A program made the position numbers and the translations under genes. 36,220 bases of DNA from a virus (lineage: Duplodnaviria > Caudoviricetes), in IMG/VR virus record IMGVR_UViG_3300044260_000048, positions 1 through 36,220 of that record. One strand, 5' to 3'. Below the pieces are notes generated by a model, which worked only from the letters and a program-made list of their open reading frames with translations, ran no database searches and was not told the origin of the DNA. Numbering within the stretch: the stretch's first letter is position 1; each line of letters starts with the position of its first letter. Positions 23,274 through 31,550 of the stretch are shown piece after piece.

Positions 23274-24058
23274 AGGATGCCTACCGCGTCGGCGAGCGTG
23301 GCCAGGATATCGGCCTGTTGCTCGGCGTAGGGCTTCGGGTTCGACTGGTACGCCTCGGACCAGGTGCCGATCGTCTGGCTGGCGAGGCCGGGCGCGAAGG
23401 CGATGGCCAGGCGGACGAGCTCGAGCTGGACGCGCTGGCGCTGGGCAAGGTCGTCCCACGGCGTGTAGGTCACAAGCACGCGTCCGAGCCAGCGACGGCC
23501 CGGGTGCGAGCCCGAGTCCAGCCGGCGCAGCGTCTCGCCAGTCGGGCTGATCGCGTAGTCGGTCGCGTCGAGCGTCGTCCCGTTCTCGACGACCGAGCTG
23601 ACGCCGGCCGCCCGGCCGCCCAAGAGCAGGAGCTCGCCGCTCGAGGAGAGCCATTCGGTGACCGGGCCCATCGGCCCGATGTAGCGGGTGATCGTTTCGG
23701 CCGTCGCGTCGAGCAGGATGAGCAGCTGCTCGTCCGGCAGGCCCGTGATCCCGAAGCCCTTGAGCTGGGCGAGGGTGAGCGGCGAGCGTCCGAGCGCGGG
23801 CTGCCAGGGCGTCGTGTACTCGCTGAAGAGCGAGCCGCCGACATCGCTGACGCGCGTCCGGTACCAGGTCGACGCGCTGCCGGCCGGGTCCCAGACGTCG
23901 TAGAGGAACTGGTCGGCCACGAGGGCGACCGTCCCACCCTCGACGTAAACACCGTCGACGGTCGCGCTCGACTCCCAGCGCAGCAGCGCGCCGGCGTCGT
24001 AGGCCTGCGGGTCGAGCAGTTCGGCCGGGTTCGTGATCTCGGCGAGGAAGTGGATCAT
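23270..24058 (-). CDS. Head-tail adaptor with an N-terminal Ig/FN3-like extension
   Basis: C-terminal LLDATAETITRY...SQTIGTWSEAY; N-terminal YDVWDPAG...WYRTR. Confidence 0.7.
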   Translation of the reverse strand: MIHFLAEITNPAELLDPQAYDAGALLRWESSATVDGVYVEGGTVALVADQFLYDVWDPAGSASTWYRTRVSDVGGSLFSEYTTPWQPALGRSPLTLAQLKGFGITGLPDEQLLILLDATAETITRYIGPMGPVTEWLSSSGELLLLGGRAAGVSSVVENGTTLDATDYAISPTGETLRRLDSGSHPGRRWLGRVLVTYTPWDDLAQRQRVQLELVRLAIAFAPGLASQTIGTWSEAYQSNPKPYAEQQADILATLADAVGIL

Positions 24059-25573
24059 CTACAGGCTCCGTCCGTCCACGATGCGGGTTGCATCGTCGAT
24101 GCCGAGATGGGTGGCCGGGGAGGCATCCGCGAGATGGATGACCGGCGCCAGGCCGACCGGTGCCGGGCCGAGCCCGCCGATGCCGTGGACGACCGCCACG
24201 CCGCCGCCGGTCGCCACGATCAGGGTCGCGCGGCCGGACCTCTCGCTCGGCGTCAGGACCCCGCTGCCGCTCAGCTGCACGTCGCCGCTCCGGGCCGATC
24301 GCAGGCCGAGGGTGAGGACGCCGCCGCCGGCGAGGGCCACGGCGATCCGGTGCGCCGCCGTGACCGAGGGACTGGCCGCCCCAGCGCCGGTGACGGCGAG
24401 CGAGACGGCACGTGCCGCCAGCGCCGCGACCGTCACCGTGCCGCCGCCGGTCAGATGCGGGCTGGCGCTCGGCTGGACCGTCTCCTTGGTGCCATCGATG
24501 ACGGCGATCCCGCCGCCGGCCGCGCTGACGCTGATCGACCTCGCGCTCATCCGCTCGGGCGTCACCACGCCGCCGCCCGTCATGAGCGGTGCCGACTGTC
24601 GACCTGCCACGACCCCGGCCGTCACGACGCCGGCACCGGTCGCACTCGCCGCCTCACCGTGCGCGCCCCGGGCGGCCACGGTCGCGACCCCGGCACCGGT
24701 CATCGTCGCCACCGACTGGCGCCCGGCGAGGGCGGCTATGCCCACCACGCCGCCGCCGGTGAAGGTGGGCGCGGCGGTGTGCGCGCCACGGGCGGAGGCC
24801 ACGAACACGCCGCCGCCCGTGATGGTCGGGCTGGCGTTGTGGTTCTCGACCGAGACGACGGCGTAATCGAGGACGAACACGCCACCGCCGGTCGCGCTCG
24901 CGGATACCCTCCGCCCGGCCACCGGCGCTGGCGCGGCGACGCCGCCGCCGGTGAAGGTGGGCGCGGCGACATGGGCACCCTTCCCGGACGTGAGCGCGAC
25001 GCCGCCGCCGGTTTCGGTCGGGGCGGAGGCGCGGGCCGTGGTCAGGGCCGGCGTCACGATTCCGCCGCCGGTCATCGTCGGGCTGGCGTTGCGGTTGTCG
25101 GTGAAGTCGACCGTGACGTACAGCCGGTCGATCTGCGCGGTGCTCGCGGTCGAGCTGTTGCCCTTCGTGGCGCGGGCGCGGATGCGGAGCTCGTTCGCCG
25201 TGCGCAGGTCCGTCAGCGTGCAGCCCGTGGCGGTCCCGTTCGCGTCGGCCATCGACGCCGCGGAGCGGGTGATCTCCGAGCCCAGGGTCGTGCCCGACGA
25301 GTTGCGGCGGGCCTGCATGCCGACGAGAGCGCCGGTCGCAGTCGCCGTCAGGCCGTAGGTCGTGAAGAAGGTGACGCTGTTGATGATCGCGCCATCGGGG
25401 ATGTCGGACGTCGTGAAGGCCGGGAAGCCGAAGTCACCCGAGAGCGTGCTGTTCTTCGCCGTCGCGAGCGTCGCGTAGGACGAGTCGTTCGTCGTGGAGT
25501 AGGCGTTCGACGGGTTCGTCCAGCCCGTCGAGACGACCGTGTGGGCGTTGGCGGCCTTCGTGACGGTGGCCAT
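24059..25573 (-). CDS. Fibre-like virion protein with ~15 repeats of ~20 aa
   Basis: N-terminal globular beta domain followed by periodic TGGG/TGAG repeats. Confidence 0.7.
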   Translation of the reverse strand: MATVTKAANAHTVVSTGWTNPSNAYSTTNDSSYATLATAKNSTLSGDFGFPAFTTSDIPDGAIINSVTFFTTYGLTATATGALVGMQARRNSSGTTLGSEITRSAASMADANGTATGCTLTDLRTANELRIRARATKGNSSTASTAQIDRLYVTVDFTDNRNASPTMTGGGIVTPALTTARASAPTETGGGVALTSGKGAHVAAPTFTGGGVAAPAPVAGRRVSASATGGGVFVLDYAVVSVENHNASPTITGGGVFVASARGAHTAAPTFTGGGVVGIAALAGRQSVATMTGAGVATVAARGAHGEAASATGAGVVTAGVVAGRQSAPLMTGGGVVTPERMSARSISVSAAGGGIAVIDGTKETVQPSASPHLTGGGTVTVAALAARAVSLAVTGAGAASPSVTAAHRIAVALAGGGVLTLGLRSARSGDVQLSGSGVLTPSERSGRATLIVATGGGVAVVHGIGGLGPAPVGLAPVIHLADASPATHLGIDDATRIVDGRSL

Positions 25574-25806
25574 CAGATGCCGCCCCGGCTGATGGAGAGG
25601 GCGCGCTCGAGGTCGCCCGAGTAGATCGGGTTACGGCCCAGCGAGACCACGACGACGAGAAGATGCAGGTCGAGGTAGGGGCCGAACGAGCGGCCCCTGC
25701 TGTCGACGTGCTGCGAGAGATCGAGATGCACGCCGAGGCTGAGCCACGGTCCGATGACCCATTGGACCGCCCAGAGCGGGCCGTAGCGGCAGCCCCAGCG
25801 CATCAC
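25573..25806 (-). CDS. Hypothetical Trp/Leu-rich protein
   Basis: 77-aa ORF with TGATG overlaps at both ends. Confidence 0.5.
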   Translation of the reverse strand: MMRWGCRYGPLWAVQWVIGPWLSLGVHLDLSQHVDSRGRSFGPYLDLHLLVVVVSLGRNPIYSGDLERALSISRGGI

Positions 25807-26174
25807 GCGTCATTGAGATCGAGGGTCGTGGTCGTGCCCTTGATCGTGTAGGTCCCCTGGGCGCCGAAGACCTCGTCGGTGACGTCCTTCTTGAGGTAGC
25901 GCACGGTCCCTGCGGTGTTCCAGAGGGACAGCCAGGACACGGTCGTGCCGGCCGGGATGTCGAGCACGACGTCGCCGTTCTGGGTCGCGGCCCCGCCGCT
26001 GGCGGAGTTCCAGGCGACGGCCTTGCGGGCGTAGGCGGGTGAGCCGCCGGTCACCTCATTGGAGGCGGTATTGGCTCCCCCGGGATCGCCGGTATGCGCT
26101 GCCCAGCGTGTGCCCAGGGCCGCGATCGCGTCGACCCCGACGTTGCGGGCGGTAGCGTCATAGTCGTTAGCCAT
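25803..26174 (-). CDS. Small virion protein of the HT.DPG...NEV.GG..YAR...W type
   Basis: HTGDPGG...NEVTGGSPAYARKAVAW, a motif I recognise from fibre-associated phage proteins. Confidence 0.7.
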   Translation of the reverse strand: MANDYDATARNVGVDAIAALGTRWAAHTGDPGGANTASNEVTGGSPAYARKAVAWNSASGGAATQNGDVVLDIPAGTTVSWLSLWNTAGTVRYLKKDVTDEVFGAQGTYTIKGTTTTLDLNDA

Positions 26175-26186
26175 CGTCTAAGGCCC

Positions 26187-26534
26187 TCAGTGCTCGTAGA
26201 AGAGCGTGATCTCACCGCTCGTCGAGACGCCGGCTCCGGCGATCGCGATCTGCAACCGGCCCAGGATCGGGGCCGGGAGCGCGGCGCCGGCGACGTCCGC
26301 GCCGTTGGATCCCGCGCCGAGGATCGTCGGCAGGTAGTCCTTGTCGGTCGCGAGCGCCGACACGCCGAGGATCGTCTTGTTGTTCGGCTGCTCGGTGATC
26401 GTGATGTCCGGGGTCGAGAGGGTCCCGAGCTCGACCCGGATCATCCGCAGGACGCAGGGCCCCAGGCGGACCGTGGTGAGATCGGTCCCGTCGGCGGCGA
26501 CGTTGATCGGGACCGTCCGGACGAGCAGGCTCAC
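26187..26534 (-). CDS. Hypothetical beta-rich virion (decoration?) protein
   Basis: 115 aa, in the head gene cluster. Confidence 0.6.
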   Translation of the reverse strand: MSLLVRTVPINVAADGTDLTTVRLGPCVLRMIRVELGTLSTPDITITEQPNNKTILGVSALATDKDYLPTILGAGSNGADVAGAALPAPILGRLQIAIAGAGVSTSGEITLFYEH

Positions 26535-26764
26535 GGCTCGGGCTCCGGATCGGGAACGGCCACCGGCTCGGGCTCCGACTCTGGCGTCTCGCCCGGCAGC
26601 GGCCAGGTCGGCGTGAACGGCCGGAACAGGTGCTCGCGCCCCCGGAGGAGCGGGTGGCCGGCCGCGACCGTGTGGCCGGCCATGACCAGCGTGGCGCCGT
26701 CGAGGTAGAAGGTCGCGAGCGCGACGTAGGCGGTGGGTTCGGTGCGGATGCGCTTCTCGGCCAT
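26531..26764 (-). CDS. Small capsid-adjacent protein with a Pro/Glu tail
   Basis: GAGGG SD; its domain recurs in the portal C-terminus. Confidence 0.7.
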   Translation of the reverse strand: MAEKRIRTEPTAYVALATFYLDGATLVMAGHTVAAGHPLLRGREHLFRPFTPTWPLPGETPESEPEPVAVPDPEPEP

Positions 26765-26779
26765 CGTGGATCCCTCTCC

Positions 26780-26817
26780 GCGCGGGCGGGTCCGGTGGGT
26801 CGGACCCGCGGTCGCGC
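26780..26817 (-). terminator. Hairpin after the major capsid gene
   Basis: GCGGGTCCG (26786-26794) / CGGACCCGC (26801-26809); no U-tract. Confidence 0.45.
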
Positions 26818-26825
26818 TTCGACGC

Positions 26826-28298
26826 TTACTGGACCTTGAGGAGCCGGAAGGCGTTCACCGACAGGAGGCCGGTGTCGTTGCGCCACCGGACGAGGATGCC
26901 CCGCTCGGAGAGCGGCTTCCCGTCGCCGTCGAACAGGTTCGGGATGTACTCGCTCGTGACCCCGAGGCGGTCGACGATGACGAAGTAGCTGAAGTCGCCC
27001 ATCAGGACGATCTCCTTGGCGTCCGTCGCGACGTCGTCCATCGCGGACGCCTCGTGCACCGGGTAGCCGCGAAGGGTCTTGCTGATGGCGTTGTAGATGC
27101 TGTCGGACGGCTGGCCGGCGGTGCCGAACGCCGGGACGAGCTGGAGGATCGCGAGGTTGGCGGCCATCTGGGCACGGCTCCGGAAGCGCGGCGGCAGGGC
27201 GCCGATCAGCTTGTCGACGTCGGCCAGGGCGAAGACGTCGTTCGTGATCGTCGGGACGATGCTCGTCGTGTCGGTGATGAGCCGGGCGACGATACCGTCC
27301 GGCTCCGCGGTGCCGGAGCCCATGAAGAACTTCGTGGCCTCGAGGTCGTCCTTGGCGACCTGGACCATGCGGCCGATCTCGGACGCGATGGCCGCGGCAC
27401 CGTAGTCCTCCTGATAGGCGGCGGTGAAGGAGGCGAACGAGCTCGCCTCGACCGGCGTGATTGTCGGGTTCGCGACATCGGCGGGGGCGGACGAGGTGGT
27501 CGCCGTGACCTCCGTCGCCTTGTAAGCGGCGGTCATGCCGGCCGTCGTGACGGCCTGCCACTCCTTCGTCGTGATCGTCTCGACGCGGCTGATCGCGCGT
27601 AGCGGGTTGACCGAGCCGTCGCTCGTGTTCACGAAGGTCGGGTCGATCGTGAACGGGATCGCGTAGCCGCCGTCGGCGTCGGAGTAGGTCTGGAGGACCG
27701 CCTTGAGGCGCTGCGGGACGGCGTTCTCGCCACGGGTGGCGTAGATGCCCCACGCCTCCTCGTACTCCGGGGACCCGGTCGCGAGCATCCGCCGCGCGAC
27801 GGCCCCGGGCTCCCGGTGGCGCGTCGGCGTCAGGAGCTTGGCGACCGCGTGCTGGGCCTTCGCCTTGTCGGCGGTCGGGAACTCCGCTCGCTCGAGGAGC
27901 CGCATCGCGCCGTCGCGGTAGAGCCCGGGCAGCTCGTCGAGGCTCCGTGCCCGCACACGGTAGGCGGCGAGGTCGAAGATGTTGTCGGGCGCCTTGACCA
28001 CGCTCGGGAGGCCGAACCTCGTGGCCGCGGGCTCGCGCTCGGTCCCACGGTCCGCTCCGTCGATGACGGTCTCGACGACCCGGCCGCGGATCTCGAGCTC
28101 GGTGATGGCCTCGGTGACCTGGTCGAGCAGGCCGTCGGTGCCGGAGATCGCCTCGAACTCCGCGCGCTGGTCGGCCGTGAACGGCTTGCCGTCGGCCTCG
28201 GTGTCGAGCTCCGTCAGGCGAGCTCGCAGCTCCGCGTCGGCCTTGCGATAGGCGTCGAGTCCGCGGAGCTCGTCGAGGTCCGCCTTGGTCTGGATCAT
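26826..28298 (-). CDS. Major capsid protein (HK97 fold) with an N-terminal scaffolding domain
   Basis: ATG 28298; DGGYAIP, GSGTAEPDG, LRGYPVHE, GDFSYFVIVDR. Confidence 0.93.
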   Translation of the reverse strand: MIQTKADLDELRGLDAYRKADAELRARLTELDTEADGKPFTADQRAEFEAISGTDGLLDQVTEAITELEIRGRVVETVIDGADRGTEREPAATRFGLPSVVKAPDNIFDLAAYRVRARSLDELPGLYRDGAMRLLERAEFPTADKAKAQHAVAKLLTPTRHREPGAVARRMLATGSPEYEEAWGIYATRGENAVPQRLKAVLQTYSDADGGYAIPFTIDPTFVNTSDGSVNPLRAISRVETITTKEWQAVTTAGMTAAYKATEVTATTSSAPADVANPTITPVEASSFASFTAAYQEDYGAAAIASEIGRMVQVAKDDLEATKFFMGSGTAEPDGIVARLITDTTSIVPTITNDVFALADVDKLIGALPPRFRSRAQMAANLAILQLVPAFGTAGQPSDSIYNAISKTLRGYPVHEASAMDDVATDAKEIVLMGDFSYFVIVDRLGVTSEYIPNLFDGDGKPLSERGILVRWRNDTGLLSVNAFRLLKVQ

Positions 28299-29629
28299 CG
28301 GATCTTCCCTTTCATGCGCTTGTTCCAGCCCGGGTCCGGGCGGCCGATCGAGGCGGCGATCGCCGCCCTGTTGAGGGGAGTGACCGAGGCGGCCGGACGC
28401 GTCCGGCTCGCCTTGGGCTGGAGACGGAGGACCGTGGCCTCGAGGGTGTCGATCCGGTCCACCATGCCGGCCGCCTTCGCCTTGCGGGCGAGGAGGGTGC
28501 GGCCCTGGCCGAAGTCCGCGGCCGCGGCGTCGAGCGTCGTTCCGCGCCCGGCCGCGACATCGCCGAGGAACATCCCGTAGAAGGCGTCGACCTGGTCCTG
28601 GATCGCGGCCCGCGCCTCGTCGGCCAGCGGCTCGAATGGGTTGCCCTCCGTCTTGTAGGGCCCCGCACTGATGAGCGTGGTCTTGACGCCCGCCATCGCC
28701 TCGGCCTGACTGACGTCCTCGTGGGCCGCGTAGACGCCGATCGAGCCGACCTCGCCCGAGGGGGTCATCACGATCTCGCTCATGTTCGAGGCGAGCCAGT
28801 AGGCGGCTGACGCGCACAGGGTGTTGACCTGGCCGACGATCGGCTTCGGCCCCTTGGCGAGCGACCGGAGTTCGGCGGCGAACTCGGGCACCCCGTCGAC
28901 CGAGCCGCCGGGGGAGTCGATATCGAAGACGACCGCCGACACGGACTGGTCGGTGAGCGCCAAGCGGAGCAGCGAGCGCAGCTCGTCGATGCTCGTCCCG
29001 CCAGACATGGCGCTCATCAGGCTCTCGCGCTGGGTGATGAGGCCGTACATCGGGATCACGGCGACGCTGCCCGCGAGCGCTCCGCCGGCGCGGTCGCCGT
29101 TCTGTGCCTTCGCCGCCGCGAGCCGCTCGTCGATCTCCTCGGCCGAGAGGACGATGCCCGAGACCCGGTTGCGCAGGAGGTCGACCATGAACGTGAGGAC
29201 CTGCGCCTGGATCGCCCACGGGCGCTCGTGTAGCGCCTTCGTCACGTGGCGGTAGGACCGCGGCGCGATCAGCGCGCCCGGCTCCGTCGGCTGGTCGGTC
29301 GCCGTCTCCTGGGGCGCGTCGTCGAGATGCGCCTGGAGGTGGCGCTCGATGCCCGGGTGGTCGCTCATCGGAACACTCGACTGACCGAGGCGCGACATGC
29401 CGGCGCGGCAGCCGTTGAGGTTCGCGGCTCCAGGCGTGCCATCGGCAGCCACCTCGTGGTGCGGGAACTTGTAGGCGACCTTCGTGTCGGGGTCCGCCCC
29501 GGAATCGACCCAGGCGTACTCGCGGCGGTAGGTCGCTGCGCCGGCGTCATTGGACAGGCGCGCCTCTGCGGCCGGGCCGTCCCAGGGCGTGTCGACGGTG
29601 TCGGTGTGGTGCACGCCGATCGCTGGCAT
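28295..29629 (-). CDS. S49 (SppA/ClpP-fold) prohead protease with an extra N-terminal domain
   Basis: DIDSPGGSV, CASAAYWLAS, VGSIGV, YKTEG. Confidence 0.9.
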   Translation of the reverse strand: MPAIGVHHTDTVDTPWDGPAAEARLSNDAGAATYRREYAWVDSGADPDTKVAYKFPHHEVAADGTPGAANLNGCRAGMSRLGQSSVPMSDHPGIERHLQAHLDDAPQETATDQPTEPGALIAPRSYRHVTKALHERPWAIQAQVLTFMVDLLRNRVSGIVLSAEEIDERLAAAKAQNGDRAGGALAGSVAVIPMYGLITQRESLMSAMSGGTSIDELRSLLRLALTDQSVSAVVFDIDSPGGSVDGVPEFAAELRSLAKGPKPIVGQVNTLCASAAYWLASNMSEIVMTPSGEVGSIGVYAAHEDVSQAEAMAGVKTTLISAGPYKTEGNPFEPLADEARAAIQDQVDAFYGMFLGDVAAGRGTTLDAAAADFGQGRTLLARKAKAAGMVDRIDTLEATVLRLQPKASRTRPAASVTPLNRAAIAASIGRPDPGWNKRMKGKIR

Positions 29630-29649
29630 CTCGAGTGATCCTCCTCCCC

Positions 29650-29714
29650 GCAGGGGGGTGCAGGTCTAGGGGTGCAGGGGGTCGCAAGTGGGGGTGTGCA
29701 GGGGATGTGCAGCG
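29650..29714. repeat. G-rich imperfect tandem repeats (~24-bp period) between portal and protease
   Basis: GCAG/GCAA at 29650, 29660, 29674, 29684, 29698 and 29709, separated by G-runs. Confidence 0.6.
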
Positions 29715-29718
29715 CTCG

Positions 29719-31362
29719 CTAGTCACGGTCGCGAAGCCTGCGGCGGACCGTGTCCGAGCTGACCGACAGCGCCCGGGCGATGCTGTTGTGCCCGGCCGGC
29801 TGGCCGAGCCGGAGCAGCTCGAGGCGCTTCGCCATGACCTGCTCGCGGGTCACGATCTGTGCTGGGCCGCTGGCCCGCGCCGGGAGCAGCAGCTGGTCGA
29901 CGACCGGCTCGAACAGGCTGGGGTAGGCGGCGAGGATCGGGTGACCGCCGGGGACGACCGCGCCCGCGGCGATGGTGCCCATCGAGGCGTAGGGAACGTC
30001 GATCGACCAGAACTGGCGGGTCGCCCGGTAGGCCGCGGCCGGCTGGTCGAGCGGCGGCTGGAGCTGGACGGACGTGAGACCCGTGTGGACCAGGAGCGAG
30101 GCGTCGCCGCCCGAGACGATGTAGGTCACTGCGGACGCAGCCGTGAAGCCGTCCTTGACCAGCTGCCCGATCGTCTGGGCGTTCTTCTGGTTGATGTCCG
30201 CCTGGTCCCCGACGTCCTGGCGCAGGAACGCGATGTCCCGATCGTCCGTCCACAGGCGCGTGCCCGGCGAGGGCGGTGGGACGATCGTCTCGAGCGATCC
30301 CGCCATGTCGCCCCACAGGGGTCGGAGGGTGGCGTCGGCGACGAGGCGCGCGGCCGAGCCGAAGTTACCCGCGTTGAGCGAGCTGCCCTGGAGACCCTCG
30401 GAAAGGGCGACGACGACGGGGTGCATCCCGGTCAGGGCCGCGATCCGAGTCTCGGCCTTGCCCTGGATCTTCGCGTAGTCCATGCCCGACTCACCGAACC
30501 CGAGCCCGACCGGCACGGGCTCGACGCCGGAGCCCAGGAACAGGGTCCGGAAGCCCTTCGTCGCACCGCGGTGCTCCTGCTCGAAGAGCTCGATCCACTC
30601 GAGCGCCCTGTCCTTGGTCATGCCGGGCGGGAACTTCAGGGCGAGGTTCGGCGTGGCCGCGTTGCTGAAGAAGCTGAGCTTGTGGGTGGTCGCGCTGTTG
30701 TCGGCGAGGATCTCGCGCAGGCCAGCCGTGAGCAGGCTGATCCCCCGGTTGCGGGCGAGCGGGTCCTTCGTCGGCGCGAAGTGGCTGATCTCCTCGGGCA
30801 TGTAGACGAGGACGTCCTCGCCCGAGGCATAGCCGCCGGGGTAGTAGCCGTAGCCGATGACCTCGGCGTCCGGGTCCCACGAGCCGAGCTCGCTGGCGCG
30901 GCGCTTCGAGCCGTAGGCGATCGCCATCCAGTCTGGGCGCAGGCGCCGGATCGCGTCCGTGCGTCCGAGATTGAACCCATTGCCGCCGAGATCGGCATCG
31001 AGGATCGCGGTCTGCAGGAGGTCGCGGGTCGTCTTGCCAGGCTCGGGGCGCTCGAGCAGGCGCAGCGCCGGCGTCCCGAACAGCTTGCCGGGCCGGCTGT
31101 TGTTGAGCTGCTGGAAGGCGAACCGCGCCTCGGAGAACAGCCGGGCCCGGATCGCGAGCGAGCTGAATACCACGCTGTTGCGTAGGTACGCGCCCATCAC
31201 GAGCCCCGTGAAGGTACCGTCCGAGGTCTCCTGCTCGCGGGGCATCGTCGTCTGGAGCATCGACGCGAGCCCGTCGAGGCCCCACAGGCCGACCCAGCCA
31301 TCGAAGGAGCTGACCGTCCCCGCTGAGCGAGGCGGCGCGAGCGTCTCGATCAGCGCGGCCAT
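29719..31362 (-). CDS. Portal protein (HK97 family) with an extra C-terminal domain and HTH
   Basis: RLRPDW, EEISHF, RGIS, FFSNAATP, IAALTGMHP; position after TerL. Confidence 0.92.
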   Translation of the reverse strand: MAALIETLAPPRSAGTVSSFDGWVGLWGLDGLASMLQTTMPREQETSDGTFTGLVMGAYLRNSVVFSSLAIRARLFSEARFAFQQLNNSRPGKLFGTPALRLLERPEPGKTTRDLLQTAILDADLGGNGFNLGRTDAIRRLRPDWMAIAYGSKRRASELGSWDPDAEVIGYGYYPGGYASGEDVLVYMPEEISHFAPTKDPLARNRGISLLTAGLREILADNSATTHKLSFFSNAATPNLALKFPPGMTKDRALEWIELFEQEHRGATKGFRTLFLGSGVEPVPVGLGFGESGMDYAKIQGKAETRIAALTGMHPVVVALSEGLQGSSLNAGNFGSAARLVADATLRPLWGDMAGSLETIVPPPSPGTRLWTDDRDIAFLRQDVGDQADINQKNAQTIGQLVKDGFTAASAVTYIVSGGDASLLVHTGLTSVQLQPPLDQPAAAYRATRQFWSIDVPYASMGTIAAGAVVPGGHPILAAYPSLFEPVVDQLLLPARASGPAQIVTREQVMAKRLELLRLGQPAGHNSIARALSVSSDTVRRRLRDRD

Positions 31363-31550
31363 GTCAGCCTCCTCACCGCGGACGGGTCGAAAGTGAGGCC
31401 GGCGAACAGCGCGAGACCCGTCGCGATCAGGCCGGCCGGCGGATAGATGAGGGCGATCCCGGCGACGACCAGGGCGAGCCCGCCGAGGGCGACCAGCAGC
31501 GTGACCAGGAGCCGGCCTCGGGCCCGGAGCCAGGCGCGGATCCGGATCAT
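31350..31550 (-). CDS. Small 2-TM protein between terminase and portal
   Basis: ATG 31550; GIALIYPPAGLIATG. Confidence 0.7.
   Translation of the reverse strand: MIRIRAWLRARGRLLVTLLVALGGLALVVAGIALIYPPAGLIATGLALFAGLTFDPSAVRRLTWPR

Noticed and set aside
25571-25806. 77-aa gene as a fourth repeat-flanked cassette
   Set aside because: Only the generic TGATG overlap is shared; too short to count as a duplication
26826-29219. 797-aa capsid ORF and similar long N-terminal extensions in the ORF track (22668-23654, 16654-17634, 4555-5406, 31350-32330)
   Set aside because: The extensions are Arg/Pro/Gly-rich off-frame readings of the upstream gene; coupled internal starts were used instead
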